Positions 41,096 through 54,062 are shown, counted from the first letter of the stretch. The stretch is DNA of 64,000 nt from Octopus sinensis (GCF_006345805.1 NC_043000.1:87606001-87670000), one strand, 5' to 3'. Numbers and translations: made by a program. The notes: generated by a model not told the origin, from the letters alone.

Positions 41096-41772
41096 CCCCC
41101 CTCTCTCTCTCTCTCTGTGAGAGTCTAACGCTCTCACAGTTCGACCTCAACTATTTACTGTCTCATCTGCTTACAAGACACATCCAGTCCACTGACAGTC
41201 ACGTGCGGCGGTATCAGTTCACTCCACAACATCAGCCCTTTTAAACTATACACTTCTCGAAGAGTATGGGTGTACACGTTTATTTATTTATTTATATATT
41301 TTATCTTTATTTCTCCCCCACATCTCCCCTTTTGAAAAAAATCACCTCCGAACGGAGTTCAATACTTTTTCCTCTTTGGGTCAACCATTAAAGGCTCTGG
41401 AAATTTTCCACATCCCAGTACTACTCAGAACGAGTGTGTCAATTTTATCTGGTATTTGTACTTCAAAAATTGTGTACATAAAATTCATCGGTTCTGCAAT
41501 TCTTTTAGTATTGTTCTCGGTGTATCTTTTTCTCAACTGGTTTGCATATCTTTTGAAATCGAACCCTTGTCATTTTGCCTTTTTTTACCATATAGATCAT
41601 TTTGCCTTTTTTACCATATAGATACCGTCCTCCCATGATTGTTTTCCATATCTATGTTTTAAACAGCACTTTTTAACTTACTTTAAAACTTTTCGGCGTA
41701 GCGCTTTTGTCATTATTGTTATTCCGAGTATTTTTCTCTGCTTGACAGCAGTTTGTCGAATATGGACTTAAT

Positions 41773-41776
<4 letters not shown>

Positions 41777-41856
<80 letters not shown>
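41777..41856. repeat. (CT)n microsatellite
   Basis: Direct reading. Confidence 0.97.
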
Positions 41857-41860
<4 letters not shown>

Positions 41861-41999
41861 GTAAAAGTATTTCTTTCTCTCCGTCGTTTACCTACCCTGT
41901 TTCACACTTAAGATGAGTCTGGTGATTTCGGAAAGTTTTATAGTTGGCTTTTCTCCCTTTATTTTTTGGACAAATGTATGTAGAAGATGCTTGCACTTA

Positions 42000-42750
42000 G
42001 TAGAAACCTATAGATACAGTAAAGTCTTTAACAGCCACACGATTAAAATAACCTTTCTTTGCCCCCTAATGTTAACTCATATGTCAATAAGCAACAGACG
42101 AATCAAGCCTGCCCTGGATGCACGTGTAGAGACAATTCTAAGTATCCTCTAGGGTAGAAATGCGATATATCCTCCGTTGCTTATGAAGCAAAGGTATCAG
42201 CAAGCTATGATCAGAAATCAAACGTTATGTCGGAGCCATGGAAAGGAAACTTAAATCCAGACATAACAACCATATTTCGAATTTTAGGTACCCTGATATG
42301 TGATATTCAGTGACCCTTTCAACTTTAAACTGGAAACTTAAAGACAAAGAGAGCAGCTACATCAAATGGAAAATCTTCTCCAAAGTCAGGCTATATTTAC
42401 GGGTTCAAAATATGTTCAGAATGTCCTCTTCAGAAACTATATACCTTAAAGAACTTGAGAATCTCCAACGACTACATAAATTCCTAGCGGAATTTAAGAA
42501 TAGGTCACCAGAAACAGAGTAAACCATTAATAACTTTTTTATGCGTGTTTGACATTTGTTTATTGTAAAGTCGGTTACCTTCCTTATGCTTTTCTTTTGT
42601 CTTCGTCCTTATCAGCACCCTTGTTTAAACACAATCTGCTTTAAAAAAGCAACTGACAAACGGTCTTGTTCTCAGCTTTAAAAATGGCGAAGTAAATTAA
42701 TGTCTCGACCAGGAAACCCGGGGTAGCTGTATTTAACAAGACCTGCAGTT
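42000..42750 (+). mobile_element. PLE 3' end (decayed GIY-YIG C-terminus plus pLTR)
   Basis: LSTLNWKLKDKESSYIKWKI resembles PLE LSxYIWxLKD...IKWxI; followed by HHR-like motif. Confidence 0.55.
42641..42736 (+). ncRNA. Degenerate hammerhead with long stem II
   Basis: TTAAAAAAGC aa CTGACAA ac GGTC...GACC ag GAAAC-CCGGG-GTA-GCTGTATTTAA. Confidence 0.45.
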
Positions 42751-42772
42751 GTTATCATAACACACGCACACA

Positions 42773-42820
<48 letters not shown>

Positions 42821-43522
42821 TGTATGCATGTATATATACGCATTTCTTTCTTTCTCTCTTTACTTTGCTTCTGTTTTTTTCTGCTTTTTAGGACCGTTAC
42901 CTCTCCCACACTCTGCCTTTCCCCTTACCCTTCACCACCCGTTCTCTCTCTCTCTCTCTTTCTCAACCCATTTTCGGTACCAGGTGACCATCTTATTTCT
43001 GCTTTGTTGCTCGGCCGCTGACTTGTTCAATCATGCTCTTTTAGGCGCGCGCTTTAGCTTCTACTTTCACGGCTGGATTCGTCTTATTTTTTCACCTTTT
43101 GTTCGATCTTTCAATCACCATCTTTCAACCAATTTTTTTTTTACCTTTCTGTCTCTCTACGTTCCTTTCCAAGTTTTATAGCACATCATTTTCCATTAGC
43201 GTTACTTTTACACATGTCCTGTCTTAATGCTGCCTCATAGCTGAAAGGCCTTATATGCATGTATGTACCAACTACCTGTGACGTTTTCCATTGACTTGTT
43301 CCCATTCTATTAGCATTTATCGTTTATGTTCGCTCACTTATTCAAGCAACTTTTTGCTGTTGATGCTACGAAAATGAACAATATTATCGATGATGGCGCA
43401 AAATTGAAATGATTTTTGTTATAGTTTTGAATGTGATTTTTTTTGTAGGTTCCTTTGTCGTCCTCCTGTGAAATCTTTTTCCTCTTATATATACATATAT
43501 ATAAGCATACATACAAATGTAC

Positions 43523-43596
<74 letters not shown>

Positions 43597-43789
43597 GTCT
43601 CTTTCTCTCTCTCTCTCTCTCTCCTCCCTTATTCCCCTTCCTTTCTTTCCCTCTCCATCCGTCTTCCCCCCCCCCTTCTACGTTTCTCTATCTCTCTCAC
43701 CTCCAGCCCCCTCGATCTGTCTCTTTCTTCTCCTCCCTCGTCCACCTTCTCTCTCTTTTCATCTGTCCCTTTCTCCTGTCTTTTGTTCT

Positions 43790-44293
43790 CACGTGACCGC
43801 TAGCCGCTGTTGAGCGCTCTTTTCGTTTCAGCAGTCGCAGAAGCAACACGTATTTGTTCGTCTCCCTGCGGCCATTAGGCACAACTTCACAAGCCAGCCC
43901 CATACTCAACTCGTCCTGTCGAAAGACCCTTGTCCTACGTCCTGGTTTTGTTTTGTTGTTTATTTTTTATTTTTACCGTTATTGTTTTTACGTTTTTGTA
44001 TTCTTATTGGTGTCACGTATTCTGTATTTTTGTTCGTGTACTTCGTTCGTTTTCCGTCCTCGTGTTGTATACATTCGAAGCTTTCTTCCAGGGGATCTAA
44101 TGCGCTTGGCTTAGATTTCCCTTGGCGGGCTGGCCATATCGGAGCAATCTCAAGATTAATCAGCCGAAATTGCTAAGATGATCTGGTTCTTGACTGATGA
44201 CTGAGGGCTTCGAATGTCCCGTCCTGTGGTTCTTGTGTCGTCTCTGTGGTGTTTCATGTTCCTGTCCATGTCTGTAATTATTTTTACTGTTTA

Positions 44294-44295
<2 letters not shown>
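43790..44295 (+). mobile_element. Repeat family D module (CACGTGACCG... GTCGAAAGACCC..., probable PLE pLTR)
   Basis: Homologous to 44848-45285, 53920-54062 (minus) and 55430-55850; CT-rich leader; ends at (TA)n. Confidence 0.55.
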
Positions 44296-44374
<79 letters not shown>

Positions 44375-44428
44375 GTATGTATATATATATATATACGTAT
44401 GTATATATATACATGTCTATATATATAT

Positions 44429-44506
<78 letters not shown>

Positions 44507-44847
44507 TTATCTATCTATCTACCTAGCTATTTTTCTTTCAGTTTGGCAAAATAAACGGGTGGAAATATAACTCAGTATATAAGTATATTACAATTTCTCT
44601 TTATACACTTTTATGCATTTATCTTATATTTAGCTTTATACCGGTAAAACTTTCTCTCAATAACAATAATGTCATATGTGTGTGTGTGTGTGTGTGTATG
44701 TATCCCTTTCTCTCTCACATTTCTTGGCCCTCTCTTTCTTTAACTTCCATTTTCCTCCTCGTTTATCTCCCCTATACCTTTCCCTTTGTGTCTTTGATTT
44801 TTTCTAATCCTTCAATCCCACTGCCCTTGTACCCTCTCTCCTCCTTC

Positions 44848-45285
44848 CACGTGACCGGTGTCCGAGCAGCCATCATCTTTCTTTCTTGGCCTGACTGCTG
44901 ACCGCCAACATCTCTTATGTCCATCTTCCATCTCCTGTGTTCCTGCCTTTAGGCTTTCACTCAATTTGATTCGTCCTCAGTCGAAAGACCCCTATTGTTA
45001 TATTCTTGTTGTTTTTATTTGTAATTGTATACCACGTTCTCCGTTTTTTCTCTTCCAAAAAATCTAAAGCTTTTAGCTTTGACTTTTTGGCGGGCAACCA
45101 GATCGAACAGTCCCAAATGTAACAACCCGAAACTGTAAGGAAATCTGGTAACTCGACTGAAGAAAGAAGGCCACAAACGACACGTCCTTTTTCCCTGTCC
45201 TTCTAATTGTTGTTTTTCCTATCCGCCTTTGTATCGTCTATCTGCCCAAATGTTTTATTGTCCTCTGTTGCGTTTCTATTCCATT
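44848..45285 (+). mobile_element. Repeat family D module
   Basis: Same motif order as 43790-44295. Confidence 0.55.
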
Positions 45286-45797
45286 ATATATATATATATA
45301 TATAATCTCTTCGTATTTACATATCATTGAATTATATTGTTCCAAACCTCCTTCTCCTTGCACTTTTATTAGATATTCCGGCTAATCGCGTTTTACACGA
45401 AAAGTATTTTCTTTCATATGACAGCGAAATATTTATTCATATAATAATATAAAAGATTGTTCCCGTGAGCTATTCTATTTTTAATATGGATTGAAATCTT
45501 GGAAGACTTGACAATGTTGTTTGCAAAGAAATTACACAGTGTGTACTGTGATTAATATTTCAGCCATTAACGTGCATCAATGCCTTCACAATGCTGGATA
45601 TAGAGAATAAAATATTTTTCCTGTCTTTTTTTTACTTCATCTGACGAATGTAATGCATGGTCTCACCCCCCCACACACACACACCACACACACACACAGA
45701 CGCATCAAAGCTGTTTTCACAGTGTTTATACATTCAAGAATTCCTTTAATTTCTGTAGAATACCAATTCACACGTCACTTCTCACTTTGTTTACAAT

Positions 45798-45965
45798 GTC
45801 TTCCCTTCTCTGGATCTTTCCTTCTCCTATGTTTCAGACGAAGAGCTCCGCTCGAAACGTTAAAGCCTCCTTCTTTCCTTCTTTCATGAGCGTCCAATAA
45901 TACTATATTTGTTCCACGTCCTCACGTTGTTGTGTGTTTTTTGTGCTTTCTTGTTTGGATTAACT
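45798..45965 (+). mobile_element. PLE pLTR module family B with HHR (core CAGACGA, degenerate)
   Basis: Near-identical to 47950-48118; HHR at 45831-45866. Confidence 0.75.
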
Positions 45966-45998
45966 ATATATATATATATATATTATATATATATATAT

Positions 45999-46037
<39 letters not shown>

Positions 46038-46193
46038 ATGTGTGTGTGTGTGTGTTGTGTGTGTGTGGTGTGTGTGTGTGTGGTGTGTGAAAGAAGAAAT
46101 AGAAATGGCTTTTCTGATAATTTTTCCATAGAAAAACCATTTCTTCCCCAAATATATAATTATGCACCAAGGGCTTTCTATTTCTTATTCTAC

Positions 46194-46261
<68 letters not shown>

Positions 46262-46452
46262 CAAATCCAGAAAAAATGAAGAACAAACACAAGAAAAAAA
46301 CAACATCGCGAGGATGAAGTACATGCAAAGTATTAGCAGATACACAGGGAAAGATATATATATATATATATTATATATTATATATATATCATTTGTATAA
46401 AACATAAATCCGAAAGAAGTACACACTAAAACATCATGAGCCAACAGGTCTT

Positions 46453-46515
46453 TGGGACCTGACGATACGCCATAGAACAAAACCCTTTATAGACGGGAAA
46501 CCTAAGGTAATCCCA
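46453..46515 (+). ncRNA. Type I hammerhead ribozyme
   Basis: TGGGAc-CTGACGA-(31 nt)-GAAAC-CTAAG-GTA-aTCCCA; stem I TGGGA/TCCCA, stem III ACCT/AGGT. Confidence 0.65.
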
Positions 46516-46543
46516 TAAACCGACCTTCCCCATTTATATATAT

Positions 46544-46607
<64 letters not shown>

Positions 46608-46612
<5 letters not shown>

Positions 46613-47053
46613 TAAAAGAAATTCCAACCTTGTCTGATTTTCACGTTTTATTTACAATCTTATAATGATATAATATAATATAATAAAATAAAATAAAATA
46701 ATAGAATGTTAAATGTTCATTCTGATTGAACTAGTACTTAAGTAATTGACTGATACTACACACTGATTGATCAAAATACAGTTTGCAAAGCAATCTGGAG
46801 CCTACACAGCTGTATTTAAGGCACAGGTTCAATCATCTCGCTACAGTCAAAAATTGTGAAGCATGACTATCACCACTACTACATGAACCTGAAGATTGCA
46901 GAATTTAATGCATGAAAGTACTAGTTCAATCAAAATGAACATTTAACATTCTATTATTTTATTTTATTTTATTATATTATATTATCTTATATCATTATAA
47001 GATTGTAAATAAAACGTGAAAATCAGACAAGGTTGGAATTCCTTTTATTAATA
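46608..47053. mobile_element. Mini-element with about 135-bp inverted arms between (TA)n tracts
   Basis: 46608-46739 is the reverse complement of 46916-47053; extra inverted piece at 47142-47180. Confidence 0.8.
46884..46928 (+). ncRNA. Minimal type I hammerhead ribozyme, intact core
   Basis: TGAAC-CTGAAGA-tTGCA gaatttaa TGCAt-GAAAG-TA-CTA-GTTCA; palindromic AGTACT stem III. Confidence 0.78.
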
Positions 47054-47085
47054 TATTCTTTTATACACAATCACACACACCCGTA

Positions 47086-47116
<31 letters not shown>

Positions 47117-47174
47117 TATATATATATATATATATATATCACTCAATTACTTAAGTACTAGTTCAATCAGAATG

Positions 47175-47223
<49 letters not shown>

Positions 47224-47279
47224 TTTTAATGGAATAAAAATTCCGGCATAACAGAGGTTCAAATTATTCTCAATGAAGA

Positions 47280-47912
47280 AATATATTTTAATTTAGAGAT
47301 AGTAGGCCCCTACATCTCACCATATAAAAAGAATTTTTATTTTTATTTTAAATACCTACTGTTTTATTACTTGGTAACACGTGTTTCATGAGGTACATCC
47401 TCTGGTTCCTAAACCACTCCGTGTTTTCCTGGAACCCTTCTTAAAATGTAACCCCAATCATCAAGCCCTTATATCTCTTTATCAACGTTCAATACAATAA
47501 ACTATATTTTAATTTTTTAAAGCCCTTAAGTATGTGTAAAATAGGTATGTTTAAATTAGGTTTGCTGGACCCTACAGTACAAGCCATAATTCAAATAAAA
47601 ATTCAAATAAAATGTTACAAAAATAAAAGTTACACAAATAAAGTAAGGAATACAAAAATATACGAAAATTTACAAAAACTATGTTAGTAATATATAGTGC
47701 CCCAAATAAAATTAAATTTACAAAAACTATGTTAATAATTTATAAAAAATATTTAAAAATATATTTAAAAAATATAAAAAATGTGAATAAAAATGAAAGT
47801 AATGGCAAGAAAAATATATACAAATAAAAATAAAACAGTAGGTATTTAAAATAAAAATAAAAATTCTTTTTATATGGTGAGATGTAGGGGCCTACTACCT
47901 CTAAATTAGAAT
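47280..47912. mobile_element. Mini-element with about 80-bp inverted arms (47290-47369 and 47829-47906)
   Basis: Inverted repeat; HHR-like motif just inside the left arm. Confidence 0.7.
47371..47468 (-). ncRNA. Degenerate hammerhead with rod-like 70-nt stem II
   Basis: TTGATGA-tTGGGGTtACAT...GGTTCC...GGAACC...ATGTACCTCAt-GAAAC-ACGT-GTT; stem I weak. Confidence 0.5.
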
Positions 47913-47949
47913 ATATATATATTCAAAATGTGGCGATTTTTTTTCCTCC

Positions 47950-48118
47950 GTCTTCCCTTCTCTGGATCTTTCCTTTTCCTATGTTTCTGACGAAGAGCTC
48001 CGCTCGAAACGTAAAACCCTCCTTCTTCCCTTCCTTCCTGAGCGTCGAGTAATACTATATTTGTTCCACGTCCTCGCGTTGTTGTGTGTTCTCTTTGTGT
48101 TTTCATGCTTGGATTAAC
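47950..48118 (+). mobile_element. PLE pLTR module family B
   Basis: Matches 45798-45965; ends at (TA)n. Confidence 0.78.
47983..48017 (+). ncRNA. Minimal type I hammerhead ribozyme, intact core with extra A
   Basis: GTTT-CTGACGA-A-GAGC tcc GCTC-GAAAC-GTA-AAAC. Confidence 0.8.
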
Positions 48119-48124
48119 TTTATA

Positions 48125-48180
<56 letters not shown>

Positions 48181-49410
48181 TTATACGTATGTATGTATGT
48201 ATGTATGTATGTATGTATGTATGTATGTATGTATGTATATGTATATATATGTGTGTGTGTGTGTGTGTTTGTGTGTATAGACAGTAGGTACATATAAGCT
48301 CTCTTCACACTGGTTATCTGTACGACTTTTGTAACAATTATAGATCTTATAAACTCTTTTGCATTCCCTGTTAATCCTATAAACTCTAAGTAACTAATGA
48401 TGTTGAATACTTTTTTGAACCGGTACAATATCTATCTATTTAATTTATTCTAAATAATGCTGTGTGGCTTCTGTTACTATAGCCACTACGATAACGTCAT
48501 TTACCACTATCTAGGTATCATAATTCTGTTTTTCTCTTTTAGGCAGATTCTGACCTTCAGTTTAATGGTTCTTTGAAATAAATTGACTGATACCTACATG
48601 TTTCGTTATTCGAATCGCATAGATTTCTAAATTCTTGGATTTATTAATTTAAAAGTTTATACCCATGTATTAAAATAGAGTATTAAGTGTATAGATTTCG
48701 TAACTGACAGTGAACCTTACATTTTTCTTACTTGTTCTGTTTATTCATTTTTTTTTTACTTGCTGTACCGGTGAAAATTCTACGATGAATTCGAAAATTT
48801 TTAGATAGCTATAAGATTTATGTAGAGCCATAAAAATTAGTGTTCTTTATAATTTGTATATTCTGCATTATTTTCATTTAAAACACCTTTCAGTTCTTCT
48901 GGATAAGGATGTAATTGAAGGTGCATGATTTTGCTATTCTTTCACCACCACCACCACCACCACCTTTATTGCTTTCAGTAACAAATATCAGTTTAAGTTG
49001 TTTGTGAACCAAGATTATTTCATTTCTGTTCAGTTCATTTGTTGTTTATATCTACAAAGTTCGAATAACAATTTTAAAAGAGAATAGTAACATCCACGGC
49101 TATTTTGTTAAGTTATTTCACTTTCATCGATGTATTTGTCCATGAGGATAGATAGACTGACAGATAGAAGATATGAAAATTGAATATCAAAATGTAATTT
49201 TCTTGTCAGTCGCAATAATATATAATGTCTAACATTTCCTACAGCTAAACTCTTCATTTCTCTCTCTTTTTTTTTCTATCTGCCTCTCATTTTGACAAAC
49301 TTTTTCAAACCATGTCATATCATTTCTCTCTCTTTATCTTCACCTCTCACTTCTGCGAACCACATGACAAGCCTGTCACTGCATCGGCTAGCAATAATGT
49401 CACTACTCTT

Positions 49411-49454
<44 letters not shown>

Positions 49455-49926
49455 TTTCTCTCTCTCTGTATTTAACTTTCTTTAACCTCACCACCAGAAC
49501 ATCGCCCATTTGCTAGACATCCTATTCTCTCTTCTTCTATATCACATCCTTCAACTAACTTGTTAACCACGTAATATCTATTACATTCTCCTTACAACAG
49601 ATCGATTACATGTGTATGTTTATATATATAATATTGTTCTAATAAAAAATATAGAACTACTTAATAAGTGTTCGGGTCGAAACCGAGACAAAAGATAAGA
49701 ATTAAGATATAAAATCAAATTAGGCAATCATACAGTTATAAATTTGACTAAATATTTATAAGGAGTGGCTGTGTGGTAAGTAGCTTGCTAACCAACCACA
49801 TGGTTCCGGGTTCAGTCCCACTGCGTGGCATCTTGGGCAAGTGTCTTCTGCTATAGCCCCGGGCCGACCAATGCCTTGTGAGTGGATTTGATAGACGGAA
49901 ACTGAAAGAAGCCCGTCGTATATATG

Positions 49927-51215
49927 TACGAGGGGCGTTCAATAAGTAATGCCTCTGACCCACTTGCAGTTGTTTGATCTAGCTGAAAATTTACATGTGC
50001 AATTATTTATATCTCCATAGATTAAGTGGCAAATTACAGCTGTGAACTAATTGTGGTTTCTGATATACAGGTGTTTGAACTGAGTCAAGTGTGAAATGGA
50101 GCCTGTTGAGTGTCGAGCAGTGATCCGGTTTTTGTATTTGAAAGGACGCACACCACGGGAGACTTTTGATGAAATGAAAGTAACTTATGGTGATGATGCC
50201 CCATCATATGATCTTGTAAAACGCTGGCATCGTGAATTCAAACATGGTCGGAACTCTGTGGAAACAGCTCCCAGATCTGGTCGCTCCCCTTCTGCCATTG
50301 ATGAGGCATCTGTCCGTCAAGTTGAGGCTGCCATTTTGGAAGATCGACGCATAACTATTCGCCAAATAGCCCATGAGGTCAAGTTTAGTACCGGGTCTGT
50401 GGAAACTATCATTCATGACCATTTGCATATGCAAAAAGTGTCTGCCAGATGGATTCCCAGGTTGCTCACACCTTTCCAGAAGCAAGAACGCGTCGAGTGC
50501 TCGAGGATGAATTTGGAGATGTGCCAAGAAGATGAGTCAAAATTTTTCAAAAGACTGATTACACAGGATGAAACCTGGGTCCATCACTATGATCCAGAGA
50601 CCAAAGCCCAGTCAATGCAGTGGAAGCTCCGTGACTCACCTCCTCCAAAGAAGGCAAGGGTGCAGCCCTCCGCTGGCAAGGTCATGCTCACAGTCTTCTG
50701 GGACCAGGACGGAGTAGTGATGACAGATTTCCTGGCAAAGGGTACCACAATTACAGGAGCCTATTATGCTTCACTTTTGAGGAAATTAAGAGAAGCTATC
50801 AAAATCAAGAGGCGGGGCAAGATCAGCAAAGGCATCCTCCTCCTGCAGGACAACGCTCCGGTCTACAACTCGCGTGTCGCCAGATCAGAAGCACAGGCGT
50901 GGGGCTATGAACTCCTCCCCATCCCCCTACTCTCCTGACCTTGCACCCTCTGATTTTCACCTCTTCCTAGCCATGAAGTTGTTTTTGAAAGGAAAGCGTT
51001 TCCCAGATGATGCAGCCTTGATTTCTGAAGTCACGTGTGGTTGGAGGACCAAGCTGGGGTCTTCTACAAAAACGGTCTCCAGAGTTGCATCAAACGATGG
51101 GAGAAATGTGTAACTCTGAGTGGTTTCTATGTAGAAAAAGACTAATAACTGTGCCAAGTTTCGTTGTTCTACTGCTATGGGAAGTGGGTCAGGGGCATTA
51201 CTTATTGAACGCGTA
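49927..51215 (+). mobile_element. Full-length mariner (irritans/Himar1-like) transposon
   Basis: TA target duplication; TIR CGAGGGGCGTTCAATAAGTAATGCC and GGCATTACTTATTGAACGCG (5-bp terminal deletion on the right). Confidence 0.93.
50096..51145 (+). pseudogene. Mariner DD34D transposase with frameshifts near 50920 and 51035
   Basis: WIPRLL, ITQDETWVHHY, LQDNAP, YSPDLAPSDF split over ORFs 50096..50938 and 50874..51113. Confidence 0.92.
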
Positions 51216-51223
51216 TATGTATA

Positions 51224-51265
<42 letters not shown>

Positions 51266-51645
51266 TATGTCTGTGTTTGTCTCCCTAGCATTGCTTGACA
51301 ACCGATGCTGGTGTGTTTACGTTCCCGTCACTTAGCGGTTCGGCAAAAGAGACCGATAGAATAAGTACTGGGCTTACAAAGAATAAGTCCCGGGGTCGAT
51401 TTGCTCGACTAAAGGCGGTGCTCCTGCATGGCCGCAGTCAAATGACTGAAACAAGTAAAAGAATAAAAGAGTATATATATAAATATACATAAAAATACGT
51501 GTAAATAAAACCCATGTGACATACGTATGGAAGGAAGAGTGAGAAAAAGAGAACTGATAAAAATTATTTTTGTACTAAAGTTAAGAGCGGTTAAGAGTTT
51601 CAAATAAAAGATCTTTAGAGTTCGATGTTTTTTAAATATATATAA

Positions 51646-51891
51646 GGTATATAATACAATTCGAGGAAGTCTACTTTTTATGGTCGCTTCCAGAGTTCAT
51701 GTCCTGGTAGAAAATTTAATGAAAATTCTTACAAACCATGCGGATAGTGTCCTCTTCATCAAGAAAGGTATTTTCATAAAATCACGTACTTGACACAGAT
51801 TTTTATAAATTAATATTTCTACTAGGACATGAACTCTGGAAACGGCCGAAGAAAGTGGAGTTCCTCGAACTGTATTATATAGCTTATATAC
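51646..51891. repeat. Imperfect inverted repeat of about 70 bp (51646-51718 and 51812-51891)
   Basis: CCAGAGTTCATGTCCTGGTAGAAA versus TTTCTACTAGGACATGAACTCTGG. Confidence 0.7.
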
Positions 51892-51924
51892 CACTAGAGT
51901 TTATACCTTAATTCTTATATTCCT

Positions 51925-52255
51925 TGGGGAAGTGACTTCTACTATAGCCTCGGGCCTACCAAATCCTTGTTAGTGCATTTGGTAGAAGCTAAAAGAAACC
52001 AGTTGCATTTATCCATGTGTGTGTATCTTTGTGTCTGTGTTTGCCTTCCTCATCACGGCTTAATAACCGGTGTTGGTATGTTTACATCCCCATAACTTAG
52101 CAGTTAGGCAAAAGAGACCAAAAGAATAAGTACTAAGTTTAACAAAAAGTCCTGGGTTAGATTTGTTAGACTAAAAATCTTCAAGGCGGTGCTCCAGCAT
52201 GAGCGCAGTCAAAAGGCTGAAACGAAACAAAATAAAACAAAAAGAATAAAAGAAT
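51925..52255 (+). mobile_element. SINE family A, 5'-truncated
   Basis: Body and tail homology. Confidence 0.8.
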
Positions 52256-52431
52256 ATGTGTTTATGTGTGTGTGTATACATATATGTATATATATGCATA
52301 CATATATATATAACACATACACATGTGTGTATTTATGTATATATATATATATGTATGGGTATATGCTTATATGTGTATACGTCATTATATTTGCTTATAT
52401 ATATATGTATATATGTGTATTATATGTATAC

Positions 52432-52462
<31 letters not shown>

Positions 52463-52464
52463 TG

Positions 52465-52540
<76 letters not shown>

Positions 52541-52556
52541 TACATACATACATACA

Positions 52557-52591
<35 letters not shown>

Positions 52592-52611
52592 GTATACATA
52601 TATATATATAT

Positions 52612-53920
52612 AGTTGAAATTTAAAGTTGAAATTTATAGAAAAACAAAAGACGAAGACGGGTATATGAACAACAAACAGGTGTATTAGTTTGATGATCGG
52701 AAAGTGAGAAATTATTTTACGTTTTGAGTCTGCGCTATTCAGCAGAAAGGAATAAGAAAAAGTAATTAAAAAACCTGCGGATTTAGTGATCAAGCATGGC
52801 GACTGGTTGGGAAAAAGGTTTGACTGGACGGTTTGAATGAAGGAGAGATAATAAAGTATTGGTGATCCCCAAATGAAGGTGTGCGTGTGCATGTATGTGA
52901 GAATGTAAGTGTGTGTGTGTGTGGATAGAGTCTAGTAAATTTAGCGTGTGTAGATGTGTGTATGCGTAAGTGAGTGCGTCTGTAATGTGTGGGTGTGTGG
53001 ATGATGATGTGTGGGTGTGCGGATGATGGTGTGTGTGCAGATGATGGTATGTGGTGTAGGTGCTGGGAGGTTGTCAGTGCTAGCGTGTATGGAGTGGCGT
53101 GGTGTGGTGTGATGTGGAGGTTTGGGGTGATGTGGGGGTTGGGTGTAGGTTAGGATTGTGGGTGTGTGGGGTGAGATATGGGTATGGGGTTAGGTTGTGA
53201 GTGTGGAGTAGGGGTGGGCTATGTGGGAGTGAGTGGAGGGGTATCAATGAAAAGAGAAGGTGGGTACGAGAGGTAGTAGGTGTCAGAGCAAGAGAGAAGA
53301 GAGGTGGGTAGGAGTAAAGAGAGGAAGTAAGTGTGAAATGAAGAGAGGGGATGGAGGGGAGTCAGATGAAGAGAGGAGGGCAGTTTAGCCCATGTGGCGC
53401 AAAGGAGAGAAGATTAATCCCTGCTCACGGTGAAGGTGTGAGTCCGGGTGGCCCCTGTGTAAAGACAATCCGAACACAGGTGTTGTAGTGAATGACTGGT
53501 AGAGCGGAAATGGCGCAAGACCGGAGTGTCATCGCTGAGTCTGACGTCTCTGAGGTGCTCCGCGAACCGGTCAGACAAGCGGTGTCCCGTTTGAGCGATG
53601 TACATAGAAGGGCAGAAAGAGCAGGAGATGTAGTGAATGTCGTTGCTAGAATTGCAGGTAAAGGAGTCGGTGATATGATAGGGACGATGATGGGTGCTTA
53701 CGAGATGGTGGTGTTGGAGAGGTAGGGGCAAGTGCGGCAGCGTGGGCGGGAGCAAGGAAATGAGCCAAGTTGGGAGGTGGGAGTAGGGAAGAAACTGTGA
53801 ACCAGAAAGTCACGTAGGTTGTGGGCTCGTTTGAAGGAGGGAAGGGGTAGCTTGGAGAAGATGTGCGAGGTGGAGGGGTTGGACTGGAGTCGTTGAAACT
53901 TTCGAAGAATGGTGCGAAGT
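52612..53920 (-). mobile_element. PLE 3' end: GIY-YIG endonuclease, CA-rich UTR and pLTR with degenerate HHR (52706-52748)
   Basis: FPCSRPRCRTCP, FTCNSSNDIHYISCSFCPSMYIAQTGHRLSDRFAEHLRDVR; terminal module homologous to family A (CTTT-CTGCTGA-A-TAGC gcag ACTC-AAAAC-GTA). Confidence 0.88.
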
Positions 53921-54062
53921 GTACGTACGCCGCTATATATATATAAAGAAAAACAAGGACGGGTCATTCGGAGTTTTCTTTCCAGATTATCTTTGCAATT
54001 TCGGATGGTTATACTCTAGATCGCTCCAATCTGGCCAGCCCCAAGGAAAAACTAAGCTAAGA

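Larger units (their letters stand above)
49761..51472 (+). mobile_element. SINE family A split by mariner insertion
   Basis: Head 49761-49926 and remainder 51216-51472 join into a complete copy. Confidence 0.9.
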
